DNA of 63,220 nt, the filler included, from Phoronis australis (lineage: Eukaryota > Animalia > Phoronida): NCBI GenBank assembly GCA_002633005.1. It is 13 parts of 13 records of this genome, joined end to end, with 100 filler letters (N's around TTAATTAATTAA, not from the genome) between each part and the next. Parts side by side here need not be neighbours in the genome. Positions count along the whole stretch, not along the records: positions 36,113 to 40,057 come from NMRA01002763.1; positions 40,158 to 44,185 come from NMRA01002741.1; positions 44,286 to 46,565 come from NMRA01003757.1; positions 46,666 to 50,837 come from NMRA01002677.1; positions 50,938 to 57,919 come from NMRA01000353.1; 8 more parts are not named here. The stretch is one strand, 5' to 3'. How positions within the stretch are numbered: position 1 is the stretch's first letter; every line of letters starts with the position of its first letter. Made by a program: the position numbers and the translations under genes. Below are positions 36,013-51,500 of the stretch, piece after piece. The notes below the pieces were generated by a model. It worked only from the letters and a program-made list of their open reading frames with translations, searched no databases and was not told the origin of the DNA.

Positions 36013-37804
36013 NNNNNNNNNNNNNNNNNNNNNNNNNNNNNNNNNNNNNNNNNNNNTTAATTAATTAANNNNNNNNNNNNNNNNNNNNNNNNNNNNNNNN
36101 NNNNNNNNNNNNAAGTGACAACAGATGGCAACGTTTGGACGTATCTGACTACCACTGTGTCGCCTGTTTTAATTTTTTTATATTCTTGAGAGGTGTGTTC
36201 TTATATAGTATTCTTCCTGGCTAGTATCTGCGCTATATGTGATGCACTCGTCGGACGCATATCAATGATTCGCGTTGCTCTTGTTTAATATGAGAAGTGT
36301 GTTGTGCTCATCAATTTTGGACCAGAATTGAAGTTCTGCCTTACCTGTGATATGATGATTGTGTATTTGACTAAAGCACTCTCCTTTGGGTCTTGAGGGG
36401 AGAGTTAATGGTCTGCAAAATGTCTTTCAGTTTTGTGGATGGTTGTAAATCCATTCCATGTCATCACAGACACTCAGCCATTTGAATTTGACTGGTATTT
36501 ATTGCTGCGGAATACCAAGATGACTGTTATGTTTATTTGATTATGTTAAAGGAAAAGCAGCTGAACAAGGGCTTCATGGCTGTGGCTAATAAGATTATTT
36601 CTTTAATCCTATAGGTTTTGAATATGTGTTCCCAAAAAAAGTTTGTTAAACCAAAATTGGAATAACTTTGTCTCATTACAAAACCACTGCTGCCCTCCTT
36701 TAGTGTGGTGATCTGTAAACAGTTTTAAGCTATCTGTTCACTGCTCTTCTTTTGTTGGAGCTGGTTATATCAAATGGACCACAGACTGTTCTAGACAGTG
36801 TTCTGGGACAGTGTGTTTTAATGCTTTCTGAGGCTCTGCTTCAGTCTGCTTTGTTGATCCCTCTAACTGGCCATCTCTACCTTGATAGTAAATGGAGGAT
36901 AGTATTTGCTCTGTAATGTTTCTGTCTGACTCTTAATTCATCTCTTGGTGTTTATCTTTAGATGTTCAGACGAAGAGCTGAGGTCTGGTAGATGTGCTTT
37001 AACTCAAGGTTGGTCTCTCTGTTTCCATAAGCTGAGTGGAAAAGATTCATGTATTAAATTTTGCAGTTTTTCATAAAACCCATTTTTTACCTGTTTGCTG
37101 TTTTGGTTTTGAGTTTTGTGCAGCATCCCCAGGTCATGTTATTCATTTCCTCACGTGACCTGGATTGTGTTATGACATGACTTGTTAATAACACCGAGTA
37201 TGTTTTTTTGATATTACATGCATGAATCACAAAGTAGTGCAAACTAGAAATCTATACGCCTTACATTTTATCGTCTGCAAAACAACAATACCAACAACCA
37301 AACACGCCCATTGCAAACAATGTCGGAATTCCATGAAGGTGACAGATTAATGATTGACAAATCGGGTGTTGCAACTATACGTACTCCCAGTCAGAAGGAC
37401 ATGCAAACAATTTTTCAAACGGACCCATCTTCAACCCGAATTCCATATCGATGTTCATTCAAAAGGTGACGAACCCCAACCCAAGAAAGGTGGTGAGACT
37501 GTTTAGCTGTGCTGTCTCAAGGTCAATTCAGTGCTCACACGCGGGGAAGCTATGCTGATTGTGTTTTTTATAAACATTTACAATTTCAAAGACTATTTAT
37601 TAAATTCTATCTTGAACACTTGTTATGAAATCACAATGCAATTTATGTTAAGCTTAAAATAAAACTACTAGCTAAAAGTAACTGAGTTTACTTTACAGTG
37701 CACAAGGTTGTTTTTACAAAACTTGTGTCATGTGATTGAAAGTTTTAGACACGTCGAGTTTTTCGGCAAAAAAAGATCATTTTTACGGTTCATATGAGAA
37801 AACA

Positions 37805-37944
37805 AATCCTACAGTCATCTCAGGTTGATGAAATGAGCAAAATCTCTTGGAAATTTCATCAAAATCCATCGGCAAACCTTGGGATTTTGACGAAATTTCC
37901 AAGAGGTTTTGCCCATGTCATCAACCTGAGACGAGTGTAGGATT
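37805..37944. repeat. 140-bp foldback palindrome (MITE-like) with ~63-bp arms
   Basis: Left arm AATCCTACAGTCATCTCAGGTTGATGAAATGAGCAAAATCTCTTGGAAATTTCATCAAAATCC; reverse complement of right arm AATCCTACACTCGTCTCAGGTTGATGACATGGGCAAAACCTCTTGGAAATTTCGTCAAAATCC. Confidence 0.9.
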
Positions 37945-38762
37945 CTCTATGTCTATGTAATGAATGGGGAAGAGTCTACTCATTGTAAAGTGAATGCCAT
38001 CGCTAATGTTGGTGGTCTATGGCGTTTTGTACAAAAATCATCTCCTAAATCTCTTTCGTCCACTGTTGCCTACCTTCATTAGGAACTCTTTCATGTTATG
38101 GTCCAAGTTAGAGGACAGTTTGTCTATTAAGTTGTGTGACAATCTGAGGCAATTTAGTCAGCTGTTGCAAGTTGAAAGGTTAAAGTTTTTAAACTCTCGT
38201 CTCCTCACCCACAAGTGGTCTATTAATTTGAAAAGAGACCACTTGAGGGTTTACAAACTTATTAGCGGAAATTTGGAAAAATCTTGTTGCATTACATCAC
38301 TTTAAATGGTGTATAGCTATGTGTGTGAATGACCCAACATGAGGTATTGTATCATATCTGGTGGGGTATTAATTTCGACCGAAATCTTTCATTGACCTTT
38401 GATAGTGTTTGCTTCACCTGAAATCTTTATTAGTCTGCCTAGCCAATACCTGCATCAAGGTATTAATGTCGTAATATCATAAAGTGATGTCCGTGCATCT
38501 TATTATGGAAGTTACGTGACAATCCACGAAGACAATTTAGAGCATTTTAGTGATTGCATCTGATGTGATACATATCATCAATTTTTTTTGGCACTGGCAA
38601 ATGCACTTCTGTAAAACTTGGCTGTGAAAGAATTAAGCCTCGCCAACCTAACGTCTAACCCGTCACCGATGAGGTGCATAGTTTGTCTGTTGTTTGTGAG
38701 AATTTCGTCATCAAACATCTTGATGATGAGAATGTCTTCAGTTCCTGCTTTTGTCAGACCTA

Positions 38763-38902
38763 CCTGGGACATTCCACCAATCAGAAGAGCCTTTCTGAAC
38801 AGTTGTGGCTTTATTTTCAGCCCAGACATACAACGGTGTGTACATAGCTTTGGGTGTAGTGGCATCTGTAATTCTGGGTGGTTTGCTATTAGGCCTACTG
38901 GT
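38763..38902 (-). CDS. possible internal exon, product unknown
   Basis: Acceptor CCTTTTCCAG and donor CCAG|GTAGGT bracket 140 nt that are open in two frames; no recognisable motif. Confidence 0.3.
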
Positions 38903-40326
38903 CTGGAAAAGGCAAGTAATTTAATTTATACAGCTGTGTTGTTGTTTTTTTAAATTCGGAAATTTTCACCTATTTGTGGGTGTTTAACTTCATTAAAGTT
39001 GTGTTATGAATTTGGGGTGGAAGTTTAAAGGTGGAATGTTGTGAAAAGCATCAAGGATATACTAGCTGACTACAGGAACAAAAATTATACGTGCGACTAG
39101 CTAACAAAAAATTTAAGATTAGTGGCTTCAAGTTGCAGAAAGTTTAGCTGAAAACTGAAGTTTTGTGTAGTTTTTCTGAGAAAATGAGATTAGTTAATTA
39201 TAAATATTTTGCAAGTATTCTTTTTTCTTAATTTGCATTTTCTCATTCAGTTTGCATCCAAGTGTCTAATTTTATGTCTTGATAATTTCAGACGCAGAGT
39301 GAAGGAGCAAGCTACAGCAGAGATGTCACTCACGTATGCTAATCCAAATTACCATAACATTAGTATGGAGTCTGTCCAAATGGGGGCAGCGGCAGTGCCA
39401 TGGCGATTATTTCTTTATGAAAAGCATGAGGTTAGGGATACATCAAACTTAACATACTTTAAGTCCCAACTTAAGCTCCATCTTGTGTTGTTTTGCAAGA
39501 ATAAACTCATGGCAACCATTTTACTCTTGACCTGTAAAATGACAGACAAGTCTTACAATTCAAATTTTTGTTTCGATTTCTGATCAGATCTGTCAGTTCT
39601 TCTTAAACTTAAAAATCAGGTCTAAGATGTGTGAGGAATGCATTGAGTCCAGTTTTGCACTAATTAATGACAAAATGGGTCATTTATAATCTCTCTTAAT
39701 GTAAGACACTATTTCGCTAGTGAAATTTACTGTTACCGTAGTTCAATTTTTCGTAAACAATAAGTAACACCAATAAGTAGGTTGTTTTTTACTTCTAAGT
39801 GTACTGTAGCTAGTGTCAGACAACATTTTAGAAAAATTGTGGACATTACCATTATAAAATTGCAAAAAAATGAAATTCTGTCATTTTTTTCTGATGTTGG
39901 TAAGATTTTGCATAATAAGAAAGTTTTGAGAGAGTGACCAGTTACTCCAATCTAAAATTATGACTTGGTGATAACAGAACTTGATGCTGGATTTCAAATG
40001 TAAAAACTGTTTTTAGGAGCGAGTTTCTATGCTACCAGCGGGAGCATGTTATGGGGANNNNNNNNNNNNNNNNNNNNNNNNNNNNNNNNNNNNNNNNNNN
40101 NTTAATTAATTAANNNNNNNNNNNNNNNNNNNNNNNNNNNNNNNNNNNNNNNNNNNNTTGTGACAGAAAGCAGGTTTATTCATTTGCCACATGTGAAAAT
40201 TTGACATTACGTACTTCTAATTTATGGGAGTTTTACTGAATTCACTCACTGTCTCATTCCTTTAAGTTGTTTATTTAACAAGTTGATTGTCATGTCACTT
40301 CATTGGTTTACTTTCTCATATTGTAG

Positions 40327-41477
40327 GCTACCAAAGTTATCCTGGGATCTCATGCTATTCTTGCTAATGGTTATGTCATGTCTCGTGTTGGCAACTCACA
40401 GGTGGCGCTGGTTGCCAAAGCGTATAATGTTCCTGTACTTGTATGCTGTGAGACGTACAAGTTCTGCGAGAGAGTGCAGACTGATTCATTTGTCGTAAAT
40501 GAACTAGGTAATGATACAATCATGTGCTTCATGGGTGTACTTTTTAAATAAGACATTTTCAAAATTCACGTAATGATGAGGTCATTTTTGAATTTGCTAT
40601 AATGAATAGCCCTAGAAAAATGTTAAAAATTACCAAGTAAACATCATCACATCGTATCTTACAAAATGCTGATCATATTCAATTGGATTTTTTTACACTT
40701 TTGATGAAGGACCATTGATTTTTAGGAGAACCGTTTGGCTGTTCATTCAAATATTTTGCAAATATCCAAAAAGATTAATTAAAGACTGTGTCAGTGTTTT
40801 TGACTCAGATTGTATCAAAGGAAATTGGGTTATGTCATTAATGCCTTTGTTCAGCAATGGAGACACGCTTGCAAGAATTTTTTACTTTTGCTTAAATATA
40901 TATAGAATTCATTTATTACTTGCAAACTATGACTGACTGCACAGACTGGTCACTACATTAGTAATTCTTCAGTTATGTAGCTCACAATATGGCCAGCAAG
41001 TGAAATTCTATTTTCTTAGATTTCTCTACAAAAGTAAGGATTTGGGACATTTTATTCTATTACAACCATGGTTTGTAGTGTATAGGTGTCGTAACACAAC
41101 ATTTACTGAAGTTCCCATTTTTTGCAAAAAGATGATAAGCCATTGAAAAATGGCAAAATTGGTAAATACTTTTGTGCATAATTAAGTGGAGAAATACCAT
41201 TGGTAATATTTTGTTTGTGTACCTTAAATTGTTTTCAATTGATACATTTTGTTTAATTAATTTCACAGGTGATCCAGATGATTTGGTGGAAATTGGCAAA
41301 CCAGAGAAAAAGCTGAGTGACTGGAGGGAAATCAAGGATTTAAGTCTTTTGAATCTTGTTTATGACATCACTCCACCTGAATTTGTTTCCACGGTGATCA
41401 CTGAACTTGGAATGTTGCCTTGTACTTCGGTACCAGTCGTTCTTAGAATGAAACAGTCAGAAACTACTGAAGCATAG
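40327..41477 (+). CDS. EIF2B4: translation initiation factor eIF2B subunit delta, last two exons (40327-40507, 41269-41477)
   Basis: [66 protein letters not shown]...[34 protein letters not shown] is the eIF2B-delta C-terminus; canonical splicing. Confidence 0.96.
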
Positions 41478-43212
41478 CAGACTGTGTTTGATTTACACAC
41501 GACTCCAAGTGTATTAAGTGGTCAGTGAAAAGGAAAAGGACCATGAAACGTACTAAGAATACCAGGAACACACCAGAGAAGCCGGCAGAGCTACTTGACT
41601 TTTCTCTTAGAAGGCATTTGATTGTATAGTTTCCTTACTTCATACTCTAATGGCCATGAACTGAAAAAGTCTAAAAAATCTGTAAGCTGGACTCACTCCT
41701 TCAACTACCATGGCTAAATTCGACAACCTGTAGTTGCTACCTCAGATTTTTTCTGGCAAACTGGTAAAAATTCCAAGTTGCCACAAAGTCGCGAGAGCCT
41801 GTAAACCAATCAAATGTCTTATCCAGTTAACCCAGCGGAACCCACGAATTCAATCAATTGCAGCCAATGTATTTGGATCACCTGTTTGCTCCTAAGGCAA
41901 GAACAGGAAATCGGTGTCCTGTGCACTCGGTTTATCCTGATTTTCTGTTGGATTAAAAATCGCCACCGGCTCTTTTTTGGGTGGTGCGTAGGACATTTGC
42001 ATTGGACATTTGTTTGTGGCTTGTGCTTCGGCATGATTATAGACATCTCATTTTTTCATTCAGGAATTGTTGGCAACTAATATATGCCACTTTGCATCGT
42101 TTGTGAAGAGCATAACTTTTCACAGACGCATGTCACGGATTTTTCTTGTTTTGGTGACCTCTTTTGTTCCCATTTGATGACCTGAGAATTTTGTCAGGTC
42201 GCCTTTGGCGAGAGTGACCACATACCAAGCGCATTAAATTGTATCAGCATGGTATTCCAGTTTGTGATAATGAGTGGTTGGAGTATGCTTCACCCATTTT
42301 TGGCCTATTGCAACATCAAGTGGAAAATTAATATGATTCAGTGGCCCTTACTCATCTGACTGCTTAGGTATTTTGTATTTACCTTGTATCGTAAATACCA
42401 TGTGGTAAACATGCTTGGTGAAGAAATTCGTCTTTTTATTCATTGTTTGAAGATTAAGCTACAAACACAAAGCTTGCCAGTTAAAGCTCACAGCAAATTG
42501 CTAACAATGAAGCCTCTTACCCCAGGGCTGCATGCGACTAGGTGCCAGTGGTTTTTGGTCATTTCGTTTGTGCACAGTTGAGTCTTCGATTTTTAAACAA
42601 CTCTGAACTATTGACTGAAATCTCAATAACATTTAATGACTTCAGAAAGACTGACTTTCGGAGGTCCTGATGATTACGTTTCGGCTTTATCAGTTTACTC
42701 ATCTCCACATACTATAGGCAGGTTCTGCTAAGCAGTGCAGAATGGTTCAGAAGGCTTTGCTGCAATTGTAGAAAATCTCGTCAGTAAGGCGGATTTTGGG
42801 GTGCTGGGCACCGAAATTTGTAGAAACTGGAAGCTTCATCAATGGTCTAAATCAAAAGTTATTTTTGACTGGAACGCGGGTTTATGTAGTCGCCTTAGCC
42901 TAAATTTCTTGTTTGTTTCAGTCTGCTAGTTTTTCTTCAAGCGGCTACCTTCCCCATTCAGTGGCGTCAGTAAGGCGTTAATTTGTCATGTTATTTCAGA
43001 GGGTCTCCAGTTTATTTATCTTCTCCCCGTGTGGCAGTAGCAGCTCCTCGTCCATGGCCGGGTCTCCGTTCCGTAGATGCAATACACTCGCGAAACCGCA
43101 ATATCTCGCAAGTCTTCGTGAGATGTGAGATATTGCCATGCTTTGGAAGCAAACACGCGATCACGTTGCGTTACTCGCGAGAGTCTACGGAACTCATCCC
43201 GCGTGTGGTGAT

Positions 43213-43680
43213 TTACGCCTCTGTTTCCACTCCCCATCTTCTCTTCCCGTGTGACGACCGTTGCCGCCTTCTTCTTTTCTCCACATCCAGTGCGTAGCCA
43301 GAATTTTTTCTTATTTCCCATCTTCTTGTACCTGGATCTTTCTCAGACGTTGGCGGCAGCGAAGAAGGTGCCTCATGTTTCTTTGCCGACTTACTCTTTC
43401 GCCTCCTGCCATGTTTACTTTTAGGATACGTTTCGCCTTCATCCGGTAGAAGTATATCAGATACATTGGACTCCCGTCTATGACTCAATTCCATTGTTTC
43501 GTATGTGTGAGCGTCGGTGTCAGCGTCTTCACCCCGGTTTCCAAAAGCTTTATGTCTTTCCGATAAACTTCGTCTTTTTGATGATTTCTTTCGTGTCTGT
43601 TCAGTTGTCTCATTAATATCTTGCTTTTTATCAGCGTCTTTCAATCTGTCCTTGCTTGGCTTTTCCATCGTGATTTTAAT
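43213..43680 (-). CDS. Lys/Arg/Ser-rich exon (probably terminal) of an unidentified gene convergent with EIF2B4
   Basis: Acceptor CTATTTTAG at 43681, then 155 open codons (IKITMEKPSKDRLKD...GVETEA*) with basic NLS-like clusters; no domain recognised. Confidence 0.5.
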   Translation of the reverse strand: MKITMEKPSKDRLKDADKKQDINETTEQTRKKSSKRRSLSERHKAFGNRGEDADTDAHTYETMELSHRRESNVSDILLPDEGETYPKSKHGRRRKSKSAKKHEAPSSLPPTSEKDPGTRRWEIRKNSGYALDVEKRRRRQRSSHGKRRWGVETEA

Positions 43681-44549
43681 CTAAAATAGCAAGGTAACCT
43701 TTGTGACATCTCGGAAATAAATTCGTTCACTAAACTCGTATTTTAACCAAACTGTTTCTGTCGAATGTCATAAGCCTTATGAGAACAAGCTGAGCTGTTT
43801 TTTTTTTTTCGTAAACTCCGTTCGAAAGGTGAGACTGGGGATTTTGTCCGTTGATATGGACCGGGAAATGGAGATGTGATGATTTCTAGTGTTGGAAATT
43901 TGGAGTACCCATAACAAATCGGTAATGTCGACATAATTGAAATAAAATCAAGGTTTTATATGTAGGACCTTCTCTGCGACAAGCCATTTCTGAGATATGA
44001 TGTTCTTAGATTAGTCCGGCAAACATGGGCATTTTCAAGGGTTACACACTCATAACCGTTGAACTGAGAATGTCAACAGAACGTGGCGTCATGACACATT
44101 TCCATCTAAATTGTGAAAATGATGCTCAAATATTTAAAAGGATACCAAACCCGGTTTTGGTCTATGACCAGATGTTAGAAATGACNNNNNNNNNNNNNNN
44201 NNNNNNNNNNNNNNNNNNNNNNNNNNNNNTTAATTAATTAANNNNNNNNNNNNNNNNNNNNNNNNNNNNNNNNNNNNNNNNNNNNAGATTATTTTATAAA
44301 TCATTTTATAAATAATAACATTGAAAACACATATAAATTAAAATGGTTCTCCTTGTTATCGTTAATAGTAAAATATCGCAATCATCTTGCCCGTTACAAC
44401 AGCCGTCTAACAAACGTCATTTTCTTGGGTCATTCTCCGCCTTTTGTAACAAAGAAAAGTATTTCGTCGTTTGGTTAAAAGTACAGACTGTCCATAAAGT
44501 ATCACAGAACCTTAACGAAGTAAAGTTGTAAAATGTGCATCATACTCAC

Positions 44550-46102
<1,553 letters not shown>

Positions 46103-47869
46103 CTGAAATGGACGCGGAAATGTTAGTGACGCTGAGCACGCGGCACACAGACAGCGTAACAAGGCAGATAATATGACAGAAACACACAATATTTTCCATC
46201 ATTGAATTCACGTACAGTCTATACAGATAGAATTTTCAGACTTGTTATGCTTTCACTGATGACACTTGGCAATAAACTGAACAATTTCAACCACATCAGT
46301 AGATTGCGAAGCCTAAAGTTGTTTCTTTTACATCCAAAGTCCGACGAACTAAAAAAGATGTACATGACAAGAAATTCATACCCAAACGCATATTTTTTTC
46401 AACAAGTGTGTCAAAGTAAGTTCCACAACAACGTGAACCAAAACCCAAGATGTGGCGTGGCTCTAGAAATTCTAGAGACAATACATCCATTTAAGGTGGG
46501 ACGCTACAAACGATTTTACCATTTTTGATGTTATTTTGACAATTTGAGATTTTCTCATTTTCGATNNNNNNNNNNNNNNNNNNNNNNNNNNNNNNNNNNN
46601 NNNNNNNNNTTAATTAATTAANNNNNNNNNNNNNNNNNNNNNNNNNNNNNNNNNNNNNNNNNNNNCTAGGCTGTGATTGGCTAACACTCACACGACGATC
46701 GCCACCTTGCGGATGGCCTAGTTCACGAATTTCTGGTGATGCGCGCACATCAGCCCGTCACAGATATATGCTCGCCATTATCTTTATTATAAGTGAACAA
46801 TGGATACATCTATCTATTGATGTCTAGTCGACGAGCCTGCGACCTAGTTTCCCGTGGGAAACGGGAACTGTACATTTAAAGAACAAGGGCTATATGCCTA
46901 GTCATTAAAACACGCCGTTAATGGTTACACCAAGAGTTCACTTAATGCCTTAAAGTACAATAATCCTCTTGTTCATCTTTCCAAAAACTCGAAACTAGAA
47001 CATTTATAGGATCTCATTTCCGCTCCCACAACTTGTGGCGTTTCAATTACGGTCAAAACATTGTAATACAAATAGCTCAGACTGACCAGGCAGACATTCC
47101 AAAATTTGGGAGCTCCAACTGAGTGACGGGACACACTTAGTGAACTCAATGTTGAGCCGCTGCTACCATAGCAAGACCAGTTTGGTAGTCTTAACGGAGA
47201 TATTTATATATCTTACCATTTACCCACAAAACAATGGAAGAACAGTCCCAATATGGATCAGGATGGGGTTATGTTGAGCATGTCAATCTCCCAAATAGAA
47301 TATAGAAGAACTTTTAAAGAAGCAAAATGTTTACTATAATGTTTCTTAAACGTTTGCGAGTCACGTTTCATTCAACAAAAAAGAAATTTCAGCATGTTTC
47401 AATTGACGCTACAACAGTATTGCACTTGCCTCGTTATTGTCATTGGAATAGATCAGCTGACTGAAGGTTTCCAAGCCCCGAAGAACACCCCACACCTCAC
47501 GGGCCCTTAGGAAACGCTTTTCAATGTTGATCAAATCTAAAACAACAAGGGACGAGACGATTACTAGCGGCAACTTCACCCAAGCTGCATGCAGGTATAT
47601 CAATTAAAGATTACAAGTAGGAACTTGAGTAGACAATGATAAATCTAAGTTGAAATTGTATTCGTTAAACATTTCCCTAGCACAAGAAAATCAATGCTAG
47701 CTTCTTGGGACTTTGACGAGATCCCGCGAGACATTACTCGGAGTTGCAAGCGTTATTTATTACTCTTCAAACAGAACGGTGTGAAATCTGGTAAAATCCT
47801 CGTCGCGAGTTGGCAGAGGGGAAATTTAAACCTGAAAAAAGTGTTGATCTTATATTTCTAAGTCTAATA

Positions 47870-48569
47870 ATACTCATTTCCAAACAAATCCAACACTGGA
47901 ATTATCACTCAATGGGGAAGTTATCCCCAATAAGTTCACGCACAAACATCTTGGCTTGCTACTCGACCATAAGCTTACATTTACTCCTCATTGTCGCGAA
48001 CTCGTTCAAAAAGTACAAAAATTAATTAATTCAATTAGAGTTATCTCTCGTCATCTCAACTCCATGCATCTTCAAACTCTGTTCAAGTCTTTTGTACTTC
48101 CACATCTAGATTACTGTGACATAATCTACCAATCGGCAAACGCTGGCATACTTCTCCAATTAGAAAGACTACAATACCAAGCAGCTTTAGCCACAACTGG
48201 GGCATACAGAGGGTCCAACACAATCAAGGTTCTAAATAGTCTTCACTGGAGCAAACTAGCAACCCGTCGTAAACTTCACCTGTCTATGTATACATTCAAA
48301 GTCTTAACCAACATAAACAATTACTCTAACAAAATCCTCTTTGACTCCTACAAAAGACCAAGCACGAGACCAGGACTCCGGCAAAGCAATATGTATACTA
48401 TTCCAGCCTCCATCAGCCAAGCCTTTAGAAGATCAACGATATTAACTTGTATTGACAACTGGAATTCCTTACCATTCAAAATAAAAGAAAGCACTTCAAT
48501 CGTCACTCTCAAAAATAACTTTAAAATGCATACCACTACTCCAGACTTGCCAGTCCCATTGACATCATT
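47870..48569 (+). mobile_element. CR1/L2-type LINE, 5'-truncated ORF2 RT C-terminal region (runs into N gap 48570-49378)
   Basis: LNGEVIP...HKHLGLLLDHKLTFTPH...LFKSFVLPHLDYCDIIY...LERLQYQAALATTGA...LHWSKLATRRKLH...WNSLP. Confidence 0.9.
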
Positions 48570-51500
48570 NNNNNNNNNNNNNNNNNNNNNNNNNNNNNNN
48601 NNNNNNNNNNNNNNNNNNNNNNNNNNNNNNNNNNNNNNNNNNNNNNNNNNNNNNNNNNNNNNNNNNNNNNNNNNNNNNNNNNNNNNNNNNNNNNNNNNNN
48701 NNNNNNNNNNNNNNNNNNNNNNNNNNNNNNNNNNNNNNNNNNNNNNNNNNNNNNNNNNNNNNNNNNNNNNNNNNNNNNNNNNNNNNNNNNNNNNNNNNNN
48801 NNNNNNNNNNNNNNNNNNNNNNNNNNNNNNNNNNNNNNNNNNNNNNNNNNNNNNNNNNNNNNNNNNNNNNNNNNNNNNNNNNNNNNNNNNNNNNNNNNNN
48901 NNNNNNNNNNNNNNNNNNNNNNNNNNNNNNNNNNNNNNNNNNNNNNNNNNNNNNNNNNNNNNNNNNNNNNNNNNNNNNNNNNNNNNNNNNNNNNNNNNNN
49001 NNNNNNNNNNNNNNNNNNNNNNNNNNNNNNNNNNNNNNNNNNNNNNNNNNNNNNNNNNNNNNNNNNNNNNNNNNNNNNNNNNNNNNNNNNNNNNNNNNNN
49101 NNNNNNNNNNNNNNNNNNNNNNNNNNNNNNNNNNNNNNNNNNNNNNNNNNNNNNNNNNNNNNNNNNNNNNNNNNNNNNNNNNNNNNNNNNNNNNNNNNNN
49201 NNNNNNNNNNNNNNNNNNNNNNNNNNNNNNNNNNNNNNNNNNNNNNNNNNNNNNNNNNNNNNNNNNNNNNNNNNNNNNNNNNNNNNNNNNNNNNNNNNNN
49301 NNNNNNNNNNNNNNNNNNNNNNNNNNNNNNNNNNNNNNNNNNNNNNNNNNNNNNNNNNNNNNNNNNNNNNNNNNNNNNTGTATGCCTATAAATCAGTTAT
49401 AATATATTACGACAGGCGTGTTTTGAAATGACCGGAAGATGATGACTAAATGGTGTTCTGGGAACTGTTTTAGTCTCATACGTCACTTGACACCATTTTG
49501 ATTTCGGTATTGCCAATGCGAGAGAGGCACGGATCTGGTGTAGCTTGAAACTCATATTTTTATCGGCTACCAAAACTCTCAGCCTTACGTAGTCAATAGT
49601 TGTTAAACATAAATTTTGGGCGATTGTGTTCAATTTTGAGTCTTACACTTTTACAAGTCACTGCCCTCGATCATGTCATTTTAATCTCCTGGATATAGCC
49701 AAAGAAAAAAAAGTGAATTTAAGCTGAAAATTGATATTTTAATAATTGCAGAGCTCTGGTCAGCAAGCCATAATAATTGGGCAATGGTTTACCCAACTTG
49801 AACAAGTCATTGGATTTCTAGATCTTGTTACTGTCAAGAAAAACGGTCTAACACTTTTTCGGGATCATCAAATTTTGCAATTGTGCCTTTAACATGACAT
49901 TGTTCAGGTTAATGGTGTAAATTAACGCTCTTTGTCATATGAAACGAAATTATGAGATTTTATCAAACCCGAGCAAGAGCTAAATATAAGGATTGTCATG
50001 ATATTTAACCAGCCGTAAGCCAGCATTCGGTGCTTCATGAAACCGATATGAGGCGCGTAGTATCAGACTTTCAACTAAACATGAGCTAAGGATCAAAATG
50101 ATCTTGGTTTGGTAGTCTTTTAAACAAAAAGAACGCACATGCTTGTAATTATTTGTTTTTAAGAGATTCTATGAAACCTCGTTTTTGCTTCAAGTTTCGA
50201 AACTTATCAACGCAAAACATGCGAGTAAGATTAAAATAAAAGCTTTACTGGACGGAAATTACCTTCCTTCTCGTTTGTCCATGCTCTCACCCCTGTAACC
50301 CACGTTGTCACCTACTTCATGAGGTATGCCACTTTGCGTGCGTCCATCTGCAGGCATAAAATGAATCCACTTCAGGTTTTAATCTCCGTGAGGAGGATTC
50401 AGAGATAAACTGTCCTCACACACGCTTAGCCTACTGGTTTGTCGAAATTCCCTTTCTTTTTGCATCTGTTATCAGCACCGTGATGATTGGAACGTATTCT
50501 TCCGCGTCTACGCCATTGTACATAGCGAACTTGAACCATAATCATAGCGTTTCAAAGTCTGCATTCACTGAGCTGACTACGGTACCATTGCCCGCTTGAA
50601 CGAAGCGGTCCCAAATAGGGTCATCGCAAAGTTCCCTAAATCTTACGCGTAGGCCTATCTGTTTCAAACACGCCTTTATAGACTTCGTTTTTCCCCGGGG
50701 TTTTCAATGCTCTGCGAATATATACTATTAATGGGTGTTTAAGTGATGTACAACAAAGACTTTTATTTTAGCTACAAGGTATTTGCGCATGTCTCTGGAT
50801 CATCACTCTTACCGCCAGTCTGAACATGGGGCGGGGGNNNNNNNNNNNNNNNNNNNNNNNNNNNNNNNNNNNNNNNNNNNNTTAATTAATTAANNNNNNN
50901 NNNNNNNNNNNNNNNNNNNNNNNNNNNNNNNNNNNNNAGTATTCGTGTGTTGTTTTACTTTTTACCACGTGCGCGCCATTTTTCGGCCACAACACGCATT
51001 GATATACCACACGCATTCATTAACTAGTTTTGCACAAACAACGTCGAAATACTTTGACTTGGTGCAAGATTCTATTATTGGGTGATTCCAGTTAGCTACT
51101 CTGCCACTTATGACGTGCCCTAGATATGGAAAAAAGATCAGCGAAAACCTGCCACCTACAGAGAACCTGTTAATTTGGCTTCATACGAGACAGATTTGCC
51201 TCTTAAAACAGTGAGAAAAGAATGGTTCTTTTGAAGAATAAATTTGTTGTGTAGATATAAAGGGCTGTGGTGGATTTCAGACCTGGTAAGTGTCAATCTC
51301 ACAACTCAACCCTCATAAAATACGCTACAGAAGATGCTAATGCCACAAAGTCCACGGCGACTACGTAGCACTGCAATGAATTCTGAATTGTGAGTGAAAC
51401 TGTCGAATATACAAACAAGTAGAAAATTGGCCTCACTCTTAGGGACACCAGCAGTTTTTTGGTTACCACACTCAACCAACCAAAATCCAGATAAACGAGT

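Noticed and set aside
37320-37465. Possible short coding exon MSEFHEGDRLMIDKSG...
   Set aside because: No recognisable motif, weak donor, and no partner exon identified.
50260-50640. Coding-looking minus-strand stretch (ELCDDPIWDRFVQAG...*LWFKFAMYNG...)
   Set aside because: Multiple stops and no identifiable family; at best an unassignable pseudogene fragment.
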